A stretch of 64,000 nucleotides of DNA from assembly GCA_963763775.1 (NCBI GenBank), contig CAVXPZ010000003.1, forward strand, positions 128,001-192,000, written 5' to 3'. A program made the translations under genes and the position numbers. This document shows positions 41,672-51,909 of the stretch, piece by piece. This DNA comes from an uncultured Chloroflexia bacterium. Lineage in GTDB: Bacteria > Chloroflexota > Limnocylindria > Limnocylindrales > CSP1-4. Position 1 is the stretch's first letter. The number at the start of each line of letters is the position of its first letter. The notes beneath the pieces are model-generated. The model searched no databases and was not told where the DNA came from. It saw only the letters and a program-made list of their open reading frames with translations.

Positions 41672-41908
41672 CCTCGCGGACGGTCCTCGTCGGCGGATCG
41701 GTTGACCTCACCCGCAGGAATGCCGTTCCTACGGCTTGGGCATGGGCTCTCCCACGTCGTCGATGACGCCGCCACGAGCGCCCACCGAAGCCGTCCTCGC
41801 GCTCAGGCGACGGTCCGAGCGGCGTCCGTCCGTGTCGATTCCGATCCGTATGACCGCAGATACCCTAGTTGTAGGAGTGGGATTCCTATGACCTCGCGGA
41901 CGGTCCTC
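41669..41908. repeat. 220-bp insertion-like element: 20-bp direct repeat flanking a 29-bp imperfect inverted repeat
   Basis: TGACCTCGCGGACGGTCCTC at 41669-41688 and 41889-41908; inverted-repeat arms at 41715-41743 and 41860-41888. Confidence 0.8.
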
Positions 41909-42963
41909 ATCGCGCCCAATTCGTTCAAGGGCTCGCTGACATCGGTGGAGGTCGCCCGGGCCTTGGCCGATGGCTGGCGACGGGCGCGCCCCGACGACAC
42001 GATCGTCCTCTCGCCCCTCGCGGACGGCGGGGAGGGGACGCTCGAGGCGATCTCTGCGGCGGGCGGATGGACGTGGCGGACGGTCGAGGTCCGCGACCCG
42101 CTCGCCCGACCGATCACCGCCCGGTGGCTGCGGGCCGACGACGGCGCGCACGCGGTGGTCGAGATGGCCGAGGCCTCCGGCCTGTCGCGGATCGGCGCCG
42201 ACGAGCGCGACCCGATCGCGGCGACGTCGGTCGGGACCGCCGACCTCCTGCTCGCGGCGATCGCCGCGGGGGCGCGTCACATCACGCTCGGGATCGGGGG
42301 CAGCGCGACGACCGACGGTGGCCGAGGCCTGGTCGAGGCGATCGACGCGGCCGGCCCGGCCCTCGACGACATCGACCTCGAGGTCGCCTGCGACGTGTCG
42401 AACCCGCTGCTCGGGCCGACCGGCGCGGCCGCCATCTTCGGACCCCAGAAGGGCGCGACGCCCGACGCAGGTCGGGACAGCTCGACGCGCGGAATGCCGC
42501 CTGGGCCGACGAGCTCGAGGCGCGGACCGGCCGCCGCGAGCGGGACACGCCCGGCGCCGGCGCGGCCGGCGGGGTCGGCTTCGCGCTGCTGGCGATGCAG
42601 GACCGGTTCGCGTCGTTCGCGCTGCGCCCAGGGGTCGACCTCGTGATGGCGGCCACCGACTTCGACGGCAAGCTCGAACGGAGCGATCTGGTCATCACCG
42701 GCGAGGGCCGGATCGACGCACAGACCGGTTTCGGCAAGACGGCGCTCGGCGTCGCGAGGCGCGCCCAGATCGTCGGCGTGCCGTGCATCGCGGTCGGTGG
42801 CGGGGTGGAGCCCGAAGGCATCGATGCGCTCGCCGCCGTCGGCGCGATCGCCGTCCCGGTCACCGAGCGACCGCAGACCGTGGAGGACGCGATCGCGGCC
42901 GGCAGCGCCCCGATCGAACGATGCGGCGAGCGTCTCGCGCGCCTCGTGAGCCTGTCACCCTAG
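41888..42963 (+). CDS. glxK: Glycerate kinase (frameshift near 42470)
   Basis: IAPNSFKGSL, PLADGGEGT, GIGGSATTDGG, CDVSNPLLG, FGPQKGA, GAGAAGG, ITGEGRID.QT.FGK. Confidence 0.92.
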
Positions 42964-42967
42964 TCGG

Positions 42968-43807
42968 ATGCCGATCGCCCGCGCATCGTCAAGACCCGAG
43001 CGCAAGCCACGCCCGAAGAAGCGCAAGTTCACCGATCCGGGACGGAGCTACGCGAAGCGGCTCGAGCGCTACCGTCCGGGACTGGTCACGTTCGTCCTCG
43101 ACGAGCTCGCCGGGCTGTACGGCCGCCCCAGGTGGGAGCGTCGGCTCGACCCGACGAGCGAGCTCATCCTCACGATCCTCACGCAGAACAGCGCCGACAT
43201 CAACGCCGAGGTCGCGTTCGAGGCGCTGCGACAGGCCTACCCATCCGGCTTGGCGACCGCGGTGCATCGCCCCGGGGGTGGCTGGGGCGGTGTCGGCCTA
43301 CCCGAGGGCGCGCCGCCCGACTGGGAGCGCGTCGAGTTCGCGCCGATCCCCGAGCTGACCGACGTCATCCGTCCGGGCGGCCTGGCCAACCAGAAGGCCC
43401 CGCGCCTCCAGGCGACGCTGCGGCGGATCCGCGAGGAGCGCGGCGACTACTCGCTCGAGTTCCTCGGGGAGATGTCGGCACTCGACGCCCGCGCCTGGCT
43501 GACCGGGATCGACGGCATCGGCAAGAAGACGGCGTCGGTGCTGCTGCTGTTCTCGTTCGGGATGCCGCTGATGCCCGTCGACCGGCATGTCGAGCGGGTG
43601 TCGCAGCGAGTCGGGCTGATCCCGGCGAAGGCCTCGGCCGACGACGCGCACGACCTGTACCTGGGCATGCTCGAGCCGGACCAGATGTACGAGGCGCACG
43701 TCAACCTCATCCGCCACGGCCGCCTCGTGTGCCACGCCCAGCGCCCCGAACACGAGCGCTGCCCGCTGCGAGACCGCTGCCGGTTCGTCGACCCGAAGGC
43801 GCCCTGA
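42968..43807 (+). CDS. nth: Endonuclease III family (HhH-GPD) DNA glycosylase
   Basis: ILTILTQNS, IRPGGLANQKA, GIGKKTA, PVDRHV. C-terminal CHAQRPEHERCPLRDRC Fe-S-like motif with one Cys replaced by His. Confidence 0.88.
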   Translation: MPIARASSRPERKPRPKKRKFTDPGRSYAKRLERYRPGLVTFVLDELAGLYGRPRWERRLDPTSELILTILTQNSADINAEVAFEALRQAYPSGLATAVHRPGGGWGGVGLPEGAPPDWERVEFAPIPELTDVIRPGGLANQKAPRLQATLRRIREERGDYSLEFLGEMSALDARAWLTGIDGIGKKTASVLLLFSFGMPLMPVDRHVERVSQRVGLIPAKASADDAHDLYLGMLEPDQMYEAHVNLIRHGRLVCHAQRPEHERCPLRDRCRFVDPKAP

Positions 43808-43865
43808 CCCGGTCGACCCGCTGGGCGCAGGCGCGCACCACATACCGCACGTGCCCTATTGCGCC

Positions 43866-43898
43866 GCAAGGTGGCCGGCAAGGTTACTGTGTAGTACT
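43866..43898 (+). promoter_or_regulatory. Tandem direct-repeat regulatory motif upstream of tad cassette 1
   Basis: GCAAGGT-N5-GCAAGGT-N10-TACT; the same arrangement occurs at 47543 and 55349. Confidence 0.65.
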
Positions 43899-43923
43899 TG
43901 TCAGCCATCCCCCATCAGGACCT

Positions 43924-44584
43924 TTGGCATTGCCGCTTCGACGACGCCGGAATGATCGAGCCCGTGGCCAGTCCCTGGCCGAGTTCGCCCTCGTCTTCCC
44001 GTTCTTCATGGTCATCCTGTTCGGCGTCATCGAGTTCGCGTTCGTCCTGAACGCGTCCCTCTCGGTCGAGTTCGCGACGCGCGACGCGGCCCTCGCCGCC
44101 GCCGAGGCCGGCACCACCCCCGGCGCCGACTGCTCGATCCTCAAGGTGGTCGAGGCGAGCATCGGGGCGCCTGCCGACAAGGCGCGGATCCAGGAAGTGC
44201 AGATCTATCGGTCCGACGCAAGCGGCCGCGTGAATGAGAGTCAATTCCTACGCACGAACTGGTGTCACTGTCGAAGGTCCGAACGCGACTACATGTCTGA
44301 TGGCTGACGGCACCAAATTGACCGTGCCGTATTCGGCCAATTCCATCGCCTACAAGGCAACGTCTCGCTGCAACGTCGTCAAGGGCTGCTGCAAGGACGC
44401 CAGCGGGAACGTGGTCCCGTTCACCGACAGTTGCCCGCCGGGGACGACCTTTCGCACGCTCGACACCATCGGCGTGCGAATCGCGTATCGCCACAAGTGG
44501 GTCACCCCAGCAGGGAGCGTCGTCGGAAGCGGAAACTTGGACCTCGTCCAATCGAACACGATGCGGATGGAGCCAGTCCTTTGA
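43924..44584 (+). CDS. TadE-like minor pilin (frameshift near 44240)
   Basis: Class III prepilin motif RG|QSLAEFALVFP...EFA...ATRDAA; ends MRMEPVL. Confidence 0.85.
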
Positions 44585-45228
44585 GCCGAGCGCCGTCGCA
44601 TCGCCGAATGAGCCGATCCGGCCAGAGCCTTGTCGAGTTCGCCATCATCGTTCCGCTTTTCATGCTGTTGCTACTTGGCATGCTCGAACTCGGTCTGGCC
44701 TTCACTCATCATCAGACGCTTGAATACGCCACGCGGGAGGGAGCACGGACAGGATCCGCCCTTGCGAATGGGGGCGGAAAACTAGGTTGCGGTAGCGGGG
44801 GATCACCGAGTGCGGCGACCGTCGATCAGCAGATCGTGGCCGCCGTCGAGCGAGTCCTTACGTCCGAGGGCTCACCGGTCAAAGACAACTTGAGTCGGAT
44901 CCCCACCATCAGGATCTTTCTCGCGACGCCGACCGGCGGTGAGAGTGGCGCGAGCGTCGACGTGTGGAACTACAAGGCGGGAGCCGGGCCTGTCGTGGAC
45001 GGCAAAGCGCTTGATTACGTCGCCGGAACCACGAACTACCCTGCCTGCTCTCGGACATTCCAGCCACCGGCCCAGGCCCTGGGAGTCAGCCTCAAGTACA
45101 CATACCAGCTCCAGACTGGGCTGGGCGGCATCCTCGGCTTCTTCGGCGGCAAAGGCTGGACGTCGATCGCGATGAGCGATAGCACCGTCATGAATATCAA
45201 CCCGACCAATCTGAACTTCGTGCCGTGA
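44581..45228 (+). CDS. TadE-like minor pilin
   Basis: SG|QSLVEFAIIVPLF...LEYATREGARTG. Confidence 0.88.
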   Translation: MSRAPSHRRMSRSGQSLVEFAIIVPLFMLLLLGMLELGLAFTHHQTLEYATREGARTGSALANGGGKLGCGSGGSPSAATVDQQIVAAVERVLTSEGSPVKDNLSRIPTIRIFLATPTGGESGASVDVWNYKAGAGPVVDGKALDYVAGTTNYPACSRTFQPPAQALGVSLKYTYQLQTGLGGILGFFGGKGWTSIAMSDSTVMNINPTNLNFVP

Positions 45229-47351
45229 CGAGGACAACGATGTCGCTCAATCCATCGCATTCGGCCACTCGCGTGGGCCGATCGCGCTCGCGCGGTCAGG
45301 TCGTGGTGATCTTCGCGGGTGCCATCTTGGCATTCGTGGCGCTGTGCGCGATCGTGGTCGATGTGTCTTGGTATTGGGCCAATACCCTTCGTGTGCAGCG
45401 CGCCGCAGACGCCGCGGCATTGGCGGGAGCGGTCTACCTACCCAGCGACTCAGACACGGCCTTCTCCGAGGCGCGCGCGGCGGCCAAGCGAAACGGCTAC
45501 ACCGATAACCTTGGCGGCGTGACGATCAAGACCTGGATCGACGACAACGATCCGCGGCAACTCGACGTTCAGATCAACGGCAGCGTCGGTTCGTTCTTCG
45601 CTCACGCGCTCGGCATCAATGCGTGGCCCGTTTCGCGGACGGGTGAGGGTGTCTATATCCAGCCCGTGCCTATGGGAAGTCCAGACGCCTACTACGGGGT
45701 CGGTGACTTCTATACGAACGTGAGTTCGACAACGACCGATCGATACGCTTCGGTGTCTCGCTCGCCCTATCAGTCCTCCAACGGCGGCCAGTGGCTGAAC
45801 CCGAATAATGCGTGGACGACCAACAACAACTTCACGACCGAGGACACGAACAATCAAACGCAGGTCTGGCAGAACCTCCAGATGCCCGCGATCCAGGGTG
45901 ACACCCTCGACGGAATCGTGGTGTCGTTCAGCGCCAAGGTGAGCGCTGCGTCGGCCGCCTGCAAGGTCCAGGCGGAGATTTCGTGGAACTCCGGCAATAC
46001 GTGGAACAACGCCAACCCGAAGCTCTTGAGCGGAAACCTGACGACCGCGTTGGTGTCATATCCAGTCGGTGACGCTGGCTCGCTGGCCGTTTGGGGGAAC
46101 AACAACGCCTGGGATGCGACGGACCTAGCGAATGGCGTCTTTCGTGTCCGTCTGAACTACCAGAAGGGCAACGGCTGCGGAACATTGTCCCTGAACTCGC
46201 TCACGGTGACGGCCTATTCGCATACGGACACGACGACCGTGACCCTGACAAAGTCGGTCGTCAAAGACCCGAACAACGTCGTACTCCCCAGTCGAGGCGG
46301 ATGGGGCGCGGTCATCACGCGCGGCGGCAACCAGGAGAACGGCGACGCGTACAGCCCCGAGAACGACGGCGGCGCATCCAATGGCATCTACGACTCCGGC
46401 GGCTACGACTACATCGTGAGCCTTCCGGCCGGCGGCACCGTCAATGTCTTCGACCCGGGGTTCTGTGCCATGGGGCAGGTGGCTGCAGGGAGCATCGGCA
46501 CGGGTGATCACTGGATCGCGGGTGCGTCCAACGATGTGTCCACCTACTACACGCTGTGGAATACCGGCGGCAAGCCAGGTCTACGGAGCACCTGGACGAG
46601 GCTCTACACCTCGGGACCGCTATTCGAGCGACAGCACGGCTATGACCCCGTGAACAACCTGAACCCCCCAAACGGTGCAACCAAGGGTTGTGACGCGTAT
46701 CACAACGGCTGGTGGACCATCCCCACCGGGAATCTTCTAGCCGGCCAATACGCCGTGCAAGTGCAGACGTCCAAGACCGCACCGCCTTCGACATCGGCGG
46801 ATGGTTCGATCAATGCCTCAACCAACGCCGAGAACATGTTTGCCCTCGAGGCGATCGGCGGGGGGAGCCCCCAGATCTACGGAAACGGCCGAATGGCCGT
46901 TTACAACAACCTTCGCCAAGGAAGTCCGACGCAGCAGTTCTACTTGGCGCAGATCGACCGACCGACTGGCGCAAGCAAGACGGCCCTCATCGACATCTTC
47001 GATCCGGGTGACGTCGCCGGTGAAGCGACGCTGAAGGTGCTCAGCCCGAACGGTGGCGGCCAGTCCGAAGCTACGTTCAGCTACACCACGGACGGCAACT
47101 GCAACGCCGGCGTCAGTGATGCGTGCTCTGGGTTGAATGTGAAGCAGCTGAAGACCGCCACCAACGGCAGGTCAAGCTTCAACAACACCTGGATCCACAT
47201 CAGCATCCCATTGCCGGCCAGCTATGGTGCGGGCGGGCTCTGGCAGGGCGGATGGTGGCAAATCCAATACATCACGCCCAACGGCGGAAATGACACCACC
47301 ACGTGGCAGGTCAACATCCAGGGCAATCCTGTGCACTTGGTCGTCCCGTAA
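45225..47351 (+). CDS. TadG-like pilus tip/adhesin protein, 708 aa
   Basis: RG|QVVVIFA...VDVSWYW...QRAADAAALAGA, followed by a long Gly/Asn/Thr-rich beta region with Cys pairs. Confidence 0.85.
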   Translation: MTRTTMSLNPSHSATRVGRSRSRGQVVVIFAGAILAFVALCAIVVDVSWYWANTLRVQRAADAAALAGAVYLPSDSDTAFSEARAAAKRNGYTDNLGGVTIKTWIDDNDPRQLDVQINGSVGSFFAHALGINAWPVSRTGEGVYIQPVPMGSPDAYYGVGDFYTNVSSTTTDRYASVSRSPYQSSNGGQWLNPNNAWTTNNNFTTEDTNNQTQVWQNLQMPAIQGDTLDGIVVSFSAKVSAASAACKVQAEISWNSGNTWNNANPKLLSGNLTTALVSYPVGDAGSLAVWGNNNAWDATDLANGVFRVRLNYQKGNGCGTLSLNSLTVTAYSHTDTTTVTLTKSVVKDPNNVVLPSRGGWGAVITRGGNQENGDAYSPENDGGASNGIYDSGGYDYIVSLPAGGTVNVFDPGFCAMGQVAAGSIGTGDHWIAGASNDVSTYYTLWNTGGKPGLRSTWTRLYTSGPLFERQHGYDPVNNLNPPNGATKGCDAYHNGWWTIPTGNLLAGQYAVQVQTSKTAPPSTSADGSINASTNAENMFALEAIGGGSPQIYGNGRMAVYNNLRQGSPTQQFYLAQIDRPTGASKTALIDIFDPGDVAGEATLKVLSPNGGGQSEATFSYTTDGNCNAGVSDACSGLNVKQLKTATNGRSSFNNTWIHISIPLPASYGAGGLWQGGWWQIQYITPNGGNDTTTWQVNIQGNPVHLVVP

Positions 47352-47371
47352 AGGCTGAGCACACGGTTGAG

Positions 47372-47437
47372 GCCAACGACACCACGACCTGGCAGGTCAG
47401 CGTCAAGGGCAACCCGGTCCACCTGATCCTTCCCTAG
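47372..47437 (+). pseudogene. Orphan 3' end of a displaced TadG-like gene
   Basis: Encodes ANDTTTWQVSVKGNPVHLILP*, 20 bp after the stop of ...GNDTTTWQVNIQGNPVHLVVP*. Confidence 0.85.
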
Positions 47438-47542
47438 GCCGTCGGACGGCCGCCCACGACCCCTCGGTATCGGGCCGGTGTGTGCCCATGTCCGCCGGGC
47501 CGGTGCGCCCATCCACCAGTGATTGACCCCGGGCCCTTGTGT

Positions 47543-47575
47543 GCAAGGTCTGGCGCAAGGTACCTCTGTAGTACT
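47543..47575 (+). promoter_or_regulatory. Tandem direct-repeat regulatory motif upstream of tad cassette 2
   Basis: GCAAGGT (47543)-N5-GCAAGGT (47555)-N10-TACT. Confidence 0.65.
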
Positions 47576-47600
47576 TGTCGCCCATCCCCCATCAGGACCT

Positions 47601-48188
47601 TTGGCATTGCCGCTTCGACGACGCCGGAATGACCGTGAACGAGGCCAATCCCTGGCCGAGTTCGCGTTGGTCTTCCCGTTCTTCATCGTCATCCTGTTCG
47701 GCGTCATCGAGTTCGCGTTCGTCTTCAACGCGTACCTCTCGATCGACTTCGCGACGCGGGATGCCGCGCTGGCGGCAGCCGAAGCCGGCAACGACACCGG
47801 CGCCGACTGCTCGATCCTGCGGGCGATCGAGCGGAGCATCGGCGCGCCGGCCGACAAGGGCAGCATCGCGAAGGTCCGGATCTTCAAGGCCAGCACGACC
47901 GGTGCCAACCTCGGTCCGACCAACGTCTACACCCGGACCGGCGCGACCCCGTGCCCGGACGGGTCGGGCAGCATCCCGTACACCATCCAGTCCACCGGCT
48001 ACGCCGAGTCCGCGCGTTGCAACATCCTCGCCGGCTGCGGTCCAGGGTCCCTGACGGTCGACACGATCGGCGTCGAGATCACCTACACGTACGCCTGGAA
48101 GACGCCGTTGGCCCGCCTCCTGCCGATGAGCGGCAATGGCTACACGATGATCAAGGACAACGCGATGCGGATGGAGCCGGTCCTGTGA
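47601..48188 (+). CDS. TadE-like minor pilin
   Basis: RG|QSLAEFALVFPFF; paralog of the 43924 gene; ends MRMEPVL. Confidence 0.88.
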   Translation: MALPLRRRRNDRERGQSLAEFALVFPFFIVILFGVIEFAFVFNAYLSIDFATRDAALAAAEAGNDTGADCSILRAIERSIGAPADKGSIAKVRIFKASTTGANLGPTNVYTRTGATPCPDGSGSIPYTIQSTGYAESARCNILAGCGPGSLTVDTIGVEITYTYAWKTPLARLLPMSGNGYTMIKDNAMRMEPVL

Positions 48189-48763
48189 CCCGCGGGCGTC
48201 GTCGCGGCCAGAGCCTCGTCGAGTACGCGGTGACGGTCCCGGTCTTCCTCCTGATCCTGCTCGGCCTGCTGGAGTTCGGCTTCGCGTTCTCCCATCACCT
48301 GACGATGGAGTACGCGTCGCGCGAAGGCGCCCGCGTCGGCGCCGCCCTGGCCAACGGCACCGACCAGTTCCCGTGCGCAAAGGTCGACGACCAGGTCATC
48401 GCGGCGGTCCAACGCGTCCTTGTCGCGTCGGGCTCCCAGATCGACCTCAGCCAGGTCAAGGAGATCCGCATCTACAACGCGAACAACGTCAACGGGAACG
48501 AGGGGTCGCAGGTCAACCGGTGGCGACCCGGGACCGGCCCGGTCGTGCCAGGCGAAACGCAACCGCTCAAGTTCGCCTTCTTCTCGGGCAACTGGTCGGC
48601 ATGCAATCGCGTGAACGCCGCCGACCCGGACTCCATCGGCGTCGCGGTCTCCTACACCTACCGCTTCGTGACGCCGCTCGCGTCGCTCATGCGGATCGCC
48701 GGGCCGGCGGTGCTGCAGATGAACGACCGGACCGTCATGGCCCTCAACCCCACCGTACCGTGA
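48185..48763 (+). CDS. TadE-like minor pilin
   Basis: RG|QSLVEYAVTVP...MEYASREGARVG; paralog of the 44581 gene. Confidence 0.88.
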   Translation: MTRGRRRGQSLVEYAVTVPVFLLILLGLLEFGFAFSHHLTMEYASREGARVGAALANGTDQFPCAKVDDQVIAAVQRVLVASGSQIDLSQVKEIRIYNANNVNGNEGSQVNRWRPGTGPVVPGETQPLKFAFFSGNWSACNRVNAADPDSIGVAVSYTYRFVTPLASLMRIAGPAVLQMNDRTVMALNPTVP

Positions 48764-51055
48764 GCGTGCGATCGATGGAACCGATGACGAGCAGCGCGAC
48801 CACGGGCCGCCGCCACCGACCCCGCGGCCAGGTCCTCGTGATCTTCGCGGGCGCGCTGTTCCTGCTGATGATGATGGCCGCCATCGTCATCGACGTCTCC
48901 TGGTACTGGGTCAACTCGCTCCGTGTCCAGCGCGCCGCGGATGCGGCGGCGCTCGCGGGCGCCGTGATGCTCCCCAATGACCCGTCCACCGCCTACACGC
49001 TGGCCCGTGATGAGGCCAAGCGCAACGGGTACGTGCCCGGGGCCGTCGCGGGCGGCAACATCGTCATCACGCCGCTCCAGGACGGCGGCAACCCGCGTCG
49101 CCTGGACGTGACGATCTCGGCTCCGGTCGGGACGTTCTTCATGAAGGTGATCGGCATCCCGTTCATCAACGTGACCCGGACCGCCAAGGCGGAATTCACG
49201 CTCCCCGTGCCGATGGGCAGCCCGCAGAACTACTACGGCGTCGGCATCCTCAACGTGCCCACGGTCACCAGTAGGGCCACCGGCTGGCGCATCCGCAACA
49301 ACGAAGTCGGCAACTGGACCAACGCGATGCAGGCCGACAGCACGATCAGCAACTCCAGCAGCCAGTGGGCCGCGTCTCCGACCGGGAACAGCCCCCAACA
49401 GCAGTGGACCGAATTCGGCCTGGAGAACGGCGCCAACGCCGTTCCGAACGACGCGTCGCTCGAGGTCCTCGGGATCGAAGTCCGGTCACGCGCGTTCCTC
49501 CAGGGCAGCGGCAATTCGACCAGCGGCTGCCAGATGAGCGTCCAGCTGTCGTGGAACAACGGGAATAGCTGGACGACAGCCGAAGCGCAGAACAACCTGC
49601 CGACGTCGCCACCGCCGACCACGCCGGTCTCGGCGACCGTCCCCTACAACGTGAACCTGGGCAGCAATGCCGACGACTGGAACCACACCTGGTCGTATGA
49701 CGACCTGACGAGTACCGGCAGCTCCAGCTTCCGGGTGCGCGTGACGTTCAACAACCAGGCGGGGAACTGCTCCAACAGCCGGACCCTGGCGATCGACACC
49801 CTCGAGGTCCAGGTGTCCTGGCGTGTGACCGGCCCGCCGACGCCCCAGCCCGTCAAGGACCCGTACAACGCCGGGGTCCTCGCCCCACAGAAGTTCTGGG
49901 GCGCGATGCAGAGCCAGGGTGCGCCGAGCGTCCAGGGCGACGCCTTCATGACCGGCTATGAGACCCGGAAGTCCACGACCAACTCCGAGTACCACCCGTT
50001 GCAGGGCTACGGCGGCAGCTCGCAGGAGTACTACGACTACGGGGTCGAGCTCCCCGGGGGCGGCGGCGAGGTCTGGATCTACGACCCGGGGTTCTGCGAC
50101 ACCGGCTTGTACGGCTCGGGCAACAACGTCACGAACCAGGGAACCGGCGAGAGCTGGACCGTTGGTGGCTCGAATGGCGCGGATCCGGCCCGACCGGTCA
50201 GCGCGCAATACGTCCTGTACGACACGAACGGCACGCCCTACGAGTACGGCGACGATCCCGTCAAGGCGTCGTCCGGGAGCACGTTCCGACGGATGATGCT
50301 GTCCGATCCGAATCTGAGCGGCGGGTCAGGCGGGAGCTACCCGGGTGTCTCGAGCTGCGCAGGCCTCGCGTGGCACGACAACTGGTGGCGTCTCGCGAGC
50401 GGTCTTCCTGCCGGGACGTATCGGCTGCACACCACCTCCCGCATCTACAACCCGTTCGTGACCCCGAAGACGATCGATGGCTCGGACGACCAGACCGACT
50501 CGACCGGGTTGAACGCCTTCGCGATCTGGGTCAATTCGAGCAGCGGCAAGCCGCGGGTCTACGGCCTCGGGGCGATGGAGGCGTACTTCCCGCTGCCGGG
50601 CAACCAGACCTCGGTCTTCTACCTCGCGCAGATCGACAAGGTCCATGCCGGCAAGTGGGTCGACATCGACCTCTGGGACCCTGGGGACACGGGTTCACTC
50701 TCGGCGACCCTGCAGGATCCTGGCTCCCGATGGGGGCAGCGGGTCGATCCAGCCGTTCTACTGGAACGCCTGGACCGGGACGGACCTGCCGTCGAACTTC
50801 ACGTGTGGTCCGACCACCAGCAATCAGACGCAGAGCATCGTGACGAGCAACGGCAGCGGCGGCATCTTCAACGGCCGATGGCTGCGGATCTGCTTCAAGC
50901 TCGATGACAACTACGCCGCGCCGCTCGACCCGACGTTCAACGAGCCGGGGTGGTGGCGGATCAGTTACCAGATGACCGGCAGCGGCGCGAGCACCGACCT
51001 CACCACCTGGAAGGTCACCGTCCGCGGCAACCCCGTCCACCTCGTCATCCCGTAA
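48760..51055 (+). CDS. TadG-like pilus tip/adhesin protein (frameshift near 50715)
   Basis: RG|QVLVIFA...IDVSWYW..SLRVQRAADAAALAGA; ends TTWKVTVRGNPVHLVIP; paralog of the 45225 gene. Confidence 0.85.
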
Positions 51056-51118
51056 CGGACGGTCCAGGCACGACGGTGGCCCGCTGGGCCACCGTCGCCA
51101 TGCGGCATACTCCCGGGC

Positions 51119-51835
51119 ATGTTGAGCACGCCGCGGCCGCGGATCCTGCTCGTCGACGACGACCCGAGCCTGCTCGTGGCGCTCGCCGAACTGCTTCGCA
51201 ACGACGGGTTCGTCGTCACGACCGCGCGGGACGGCGATGAGGCGCTGCGTCGCCTCGACCAGGGCTGGCCGGACCTCCTGATCATCGATCTGCTGATGCC
51301 CCGCATGGACGGCCTCAGCCTCGCCCGCGAGATCAAGGCCCGGGCCGACCTGCCGATCATCGTGCTGTCGGCCATCGACGCCGGCGACAACAAGGCGGAC
51401 CTCCTCGACGAGTTCGCCGAGGACTACATCACCAAGCCGTACCACTATGCGGAGCTCCGCGCCCGGATCCACCGCGTGCTGCGCCGGGTGGGCGACCGTG
51501 TCCCGCGCCAGGCCGTCCGCGTGGGCCCGGACCTCGTCCTCGAGCTGCATCGCCGCCAGGCGGTCGTCGGCGGCCAGGAGGTCGCGCTCACGCCGACCGA
51601 GTCGCGCCTGCTGTTCGCCCTGGCGGCGAACATCGGGCGGACCGTCACCACGGAGACGCTGCTGTCGCGTGGCTGGGCCGAGACCGACGAGGCCGACCCG
51701 TCCTATGTGTGGGTCACGATGCGACGCCTCCGCCAGAAGATCGAGGTGGACCCGAATGCCCCGCGCCATCTGCTGACCGTGCGCGGCGTCGGCTACCGAC
51801 TCGTCGGCGAACCGACGACGGGAGGCACGCCCTGA
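51119..51835 (+). CDS. OmpR/PhoB-family response regulator
   Basis: ILLVDDD, DLLIIDLLMPRMDG, DYITKP; winged helix LTPTE...RLRQKIE.DP..PRHLLTVRGVGYRL. Confidence 0.95.
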   Translation: MLSTPRPRILLVDDDPSLLVALAELLRNDGFVVTTARDGDEALRRLDQGWPDLLIIDLLMPRMDGLSLAREIKARADLPIIVLSAIDAGDNKADLLDEFAEDYITKPYHYAELRARIHRVLRRVGDRVPRQAVRVGPDLVLELHRRQAVVGGQEVALTPTESRLLFALAANIGRTVTTETLLSRGWAETDEADPSYVWVTMRRLRQKIEVDPNAPRHLLTVRGVGYRLVGEPTTGGTP

Positions 51836-51909
51836 GCGGCCCGCCCATCGGGGACGGCGCGACCGAACCGCCGCCGACGTCTCCGCCCACGGCCGACCCG
51901 GACTGGCCG

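Noticed and set aside
47286-47437. tadG 3' duplication as a diversity-generating retroelement VR/TR pair
   Set aside because: Differences are mostly synonymous and not adenine-specific, and no reverse transcriptase is present in the window.
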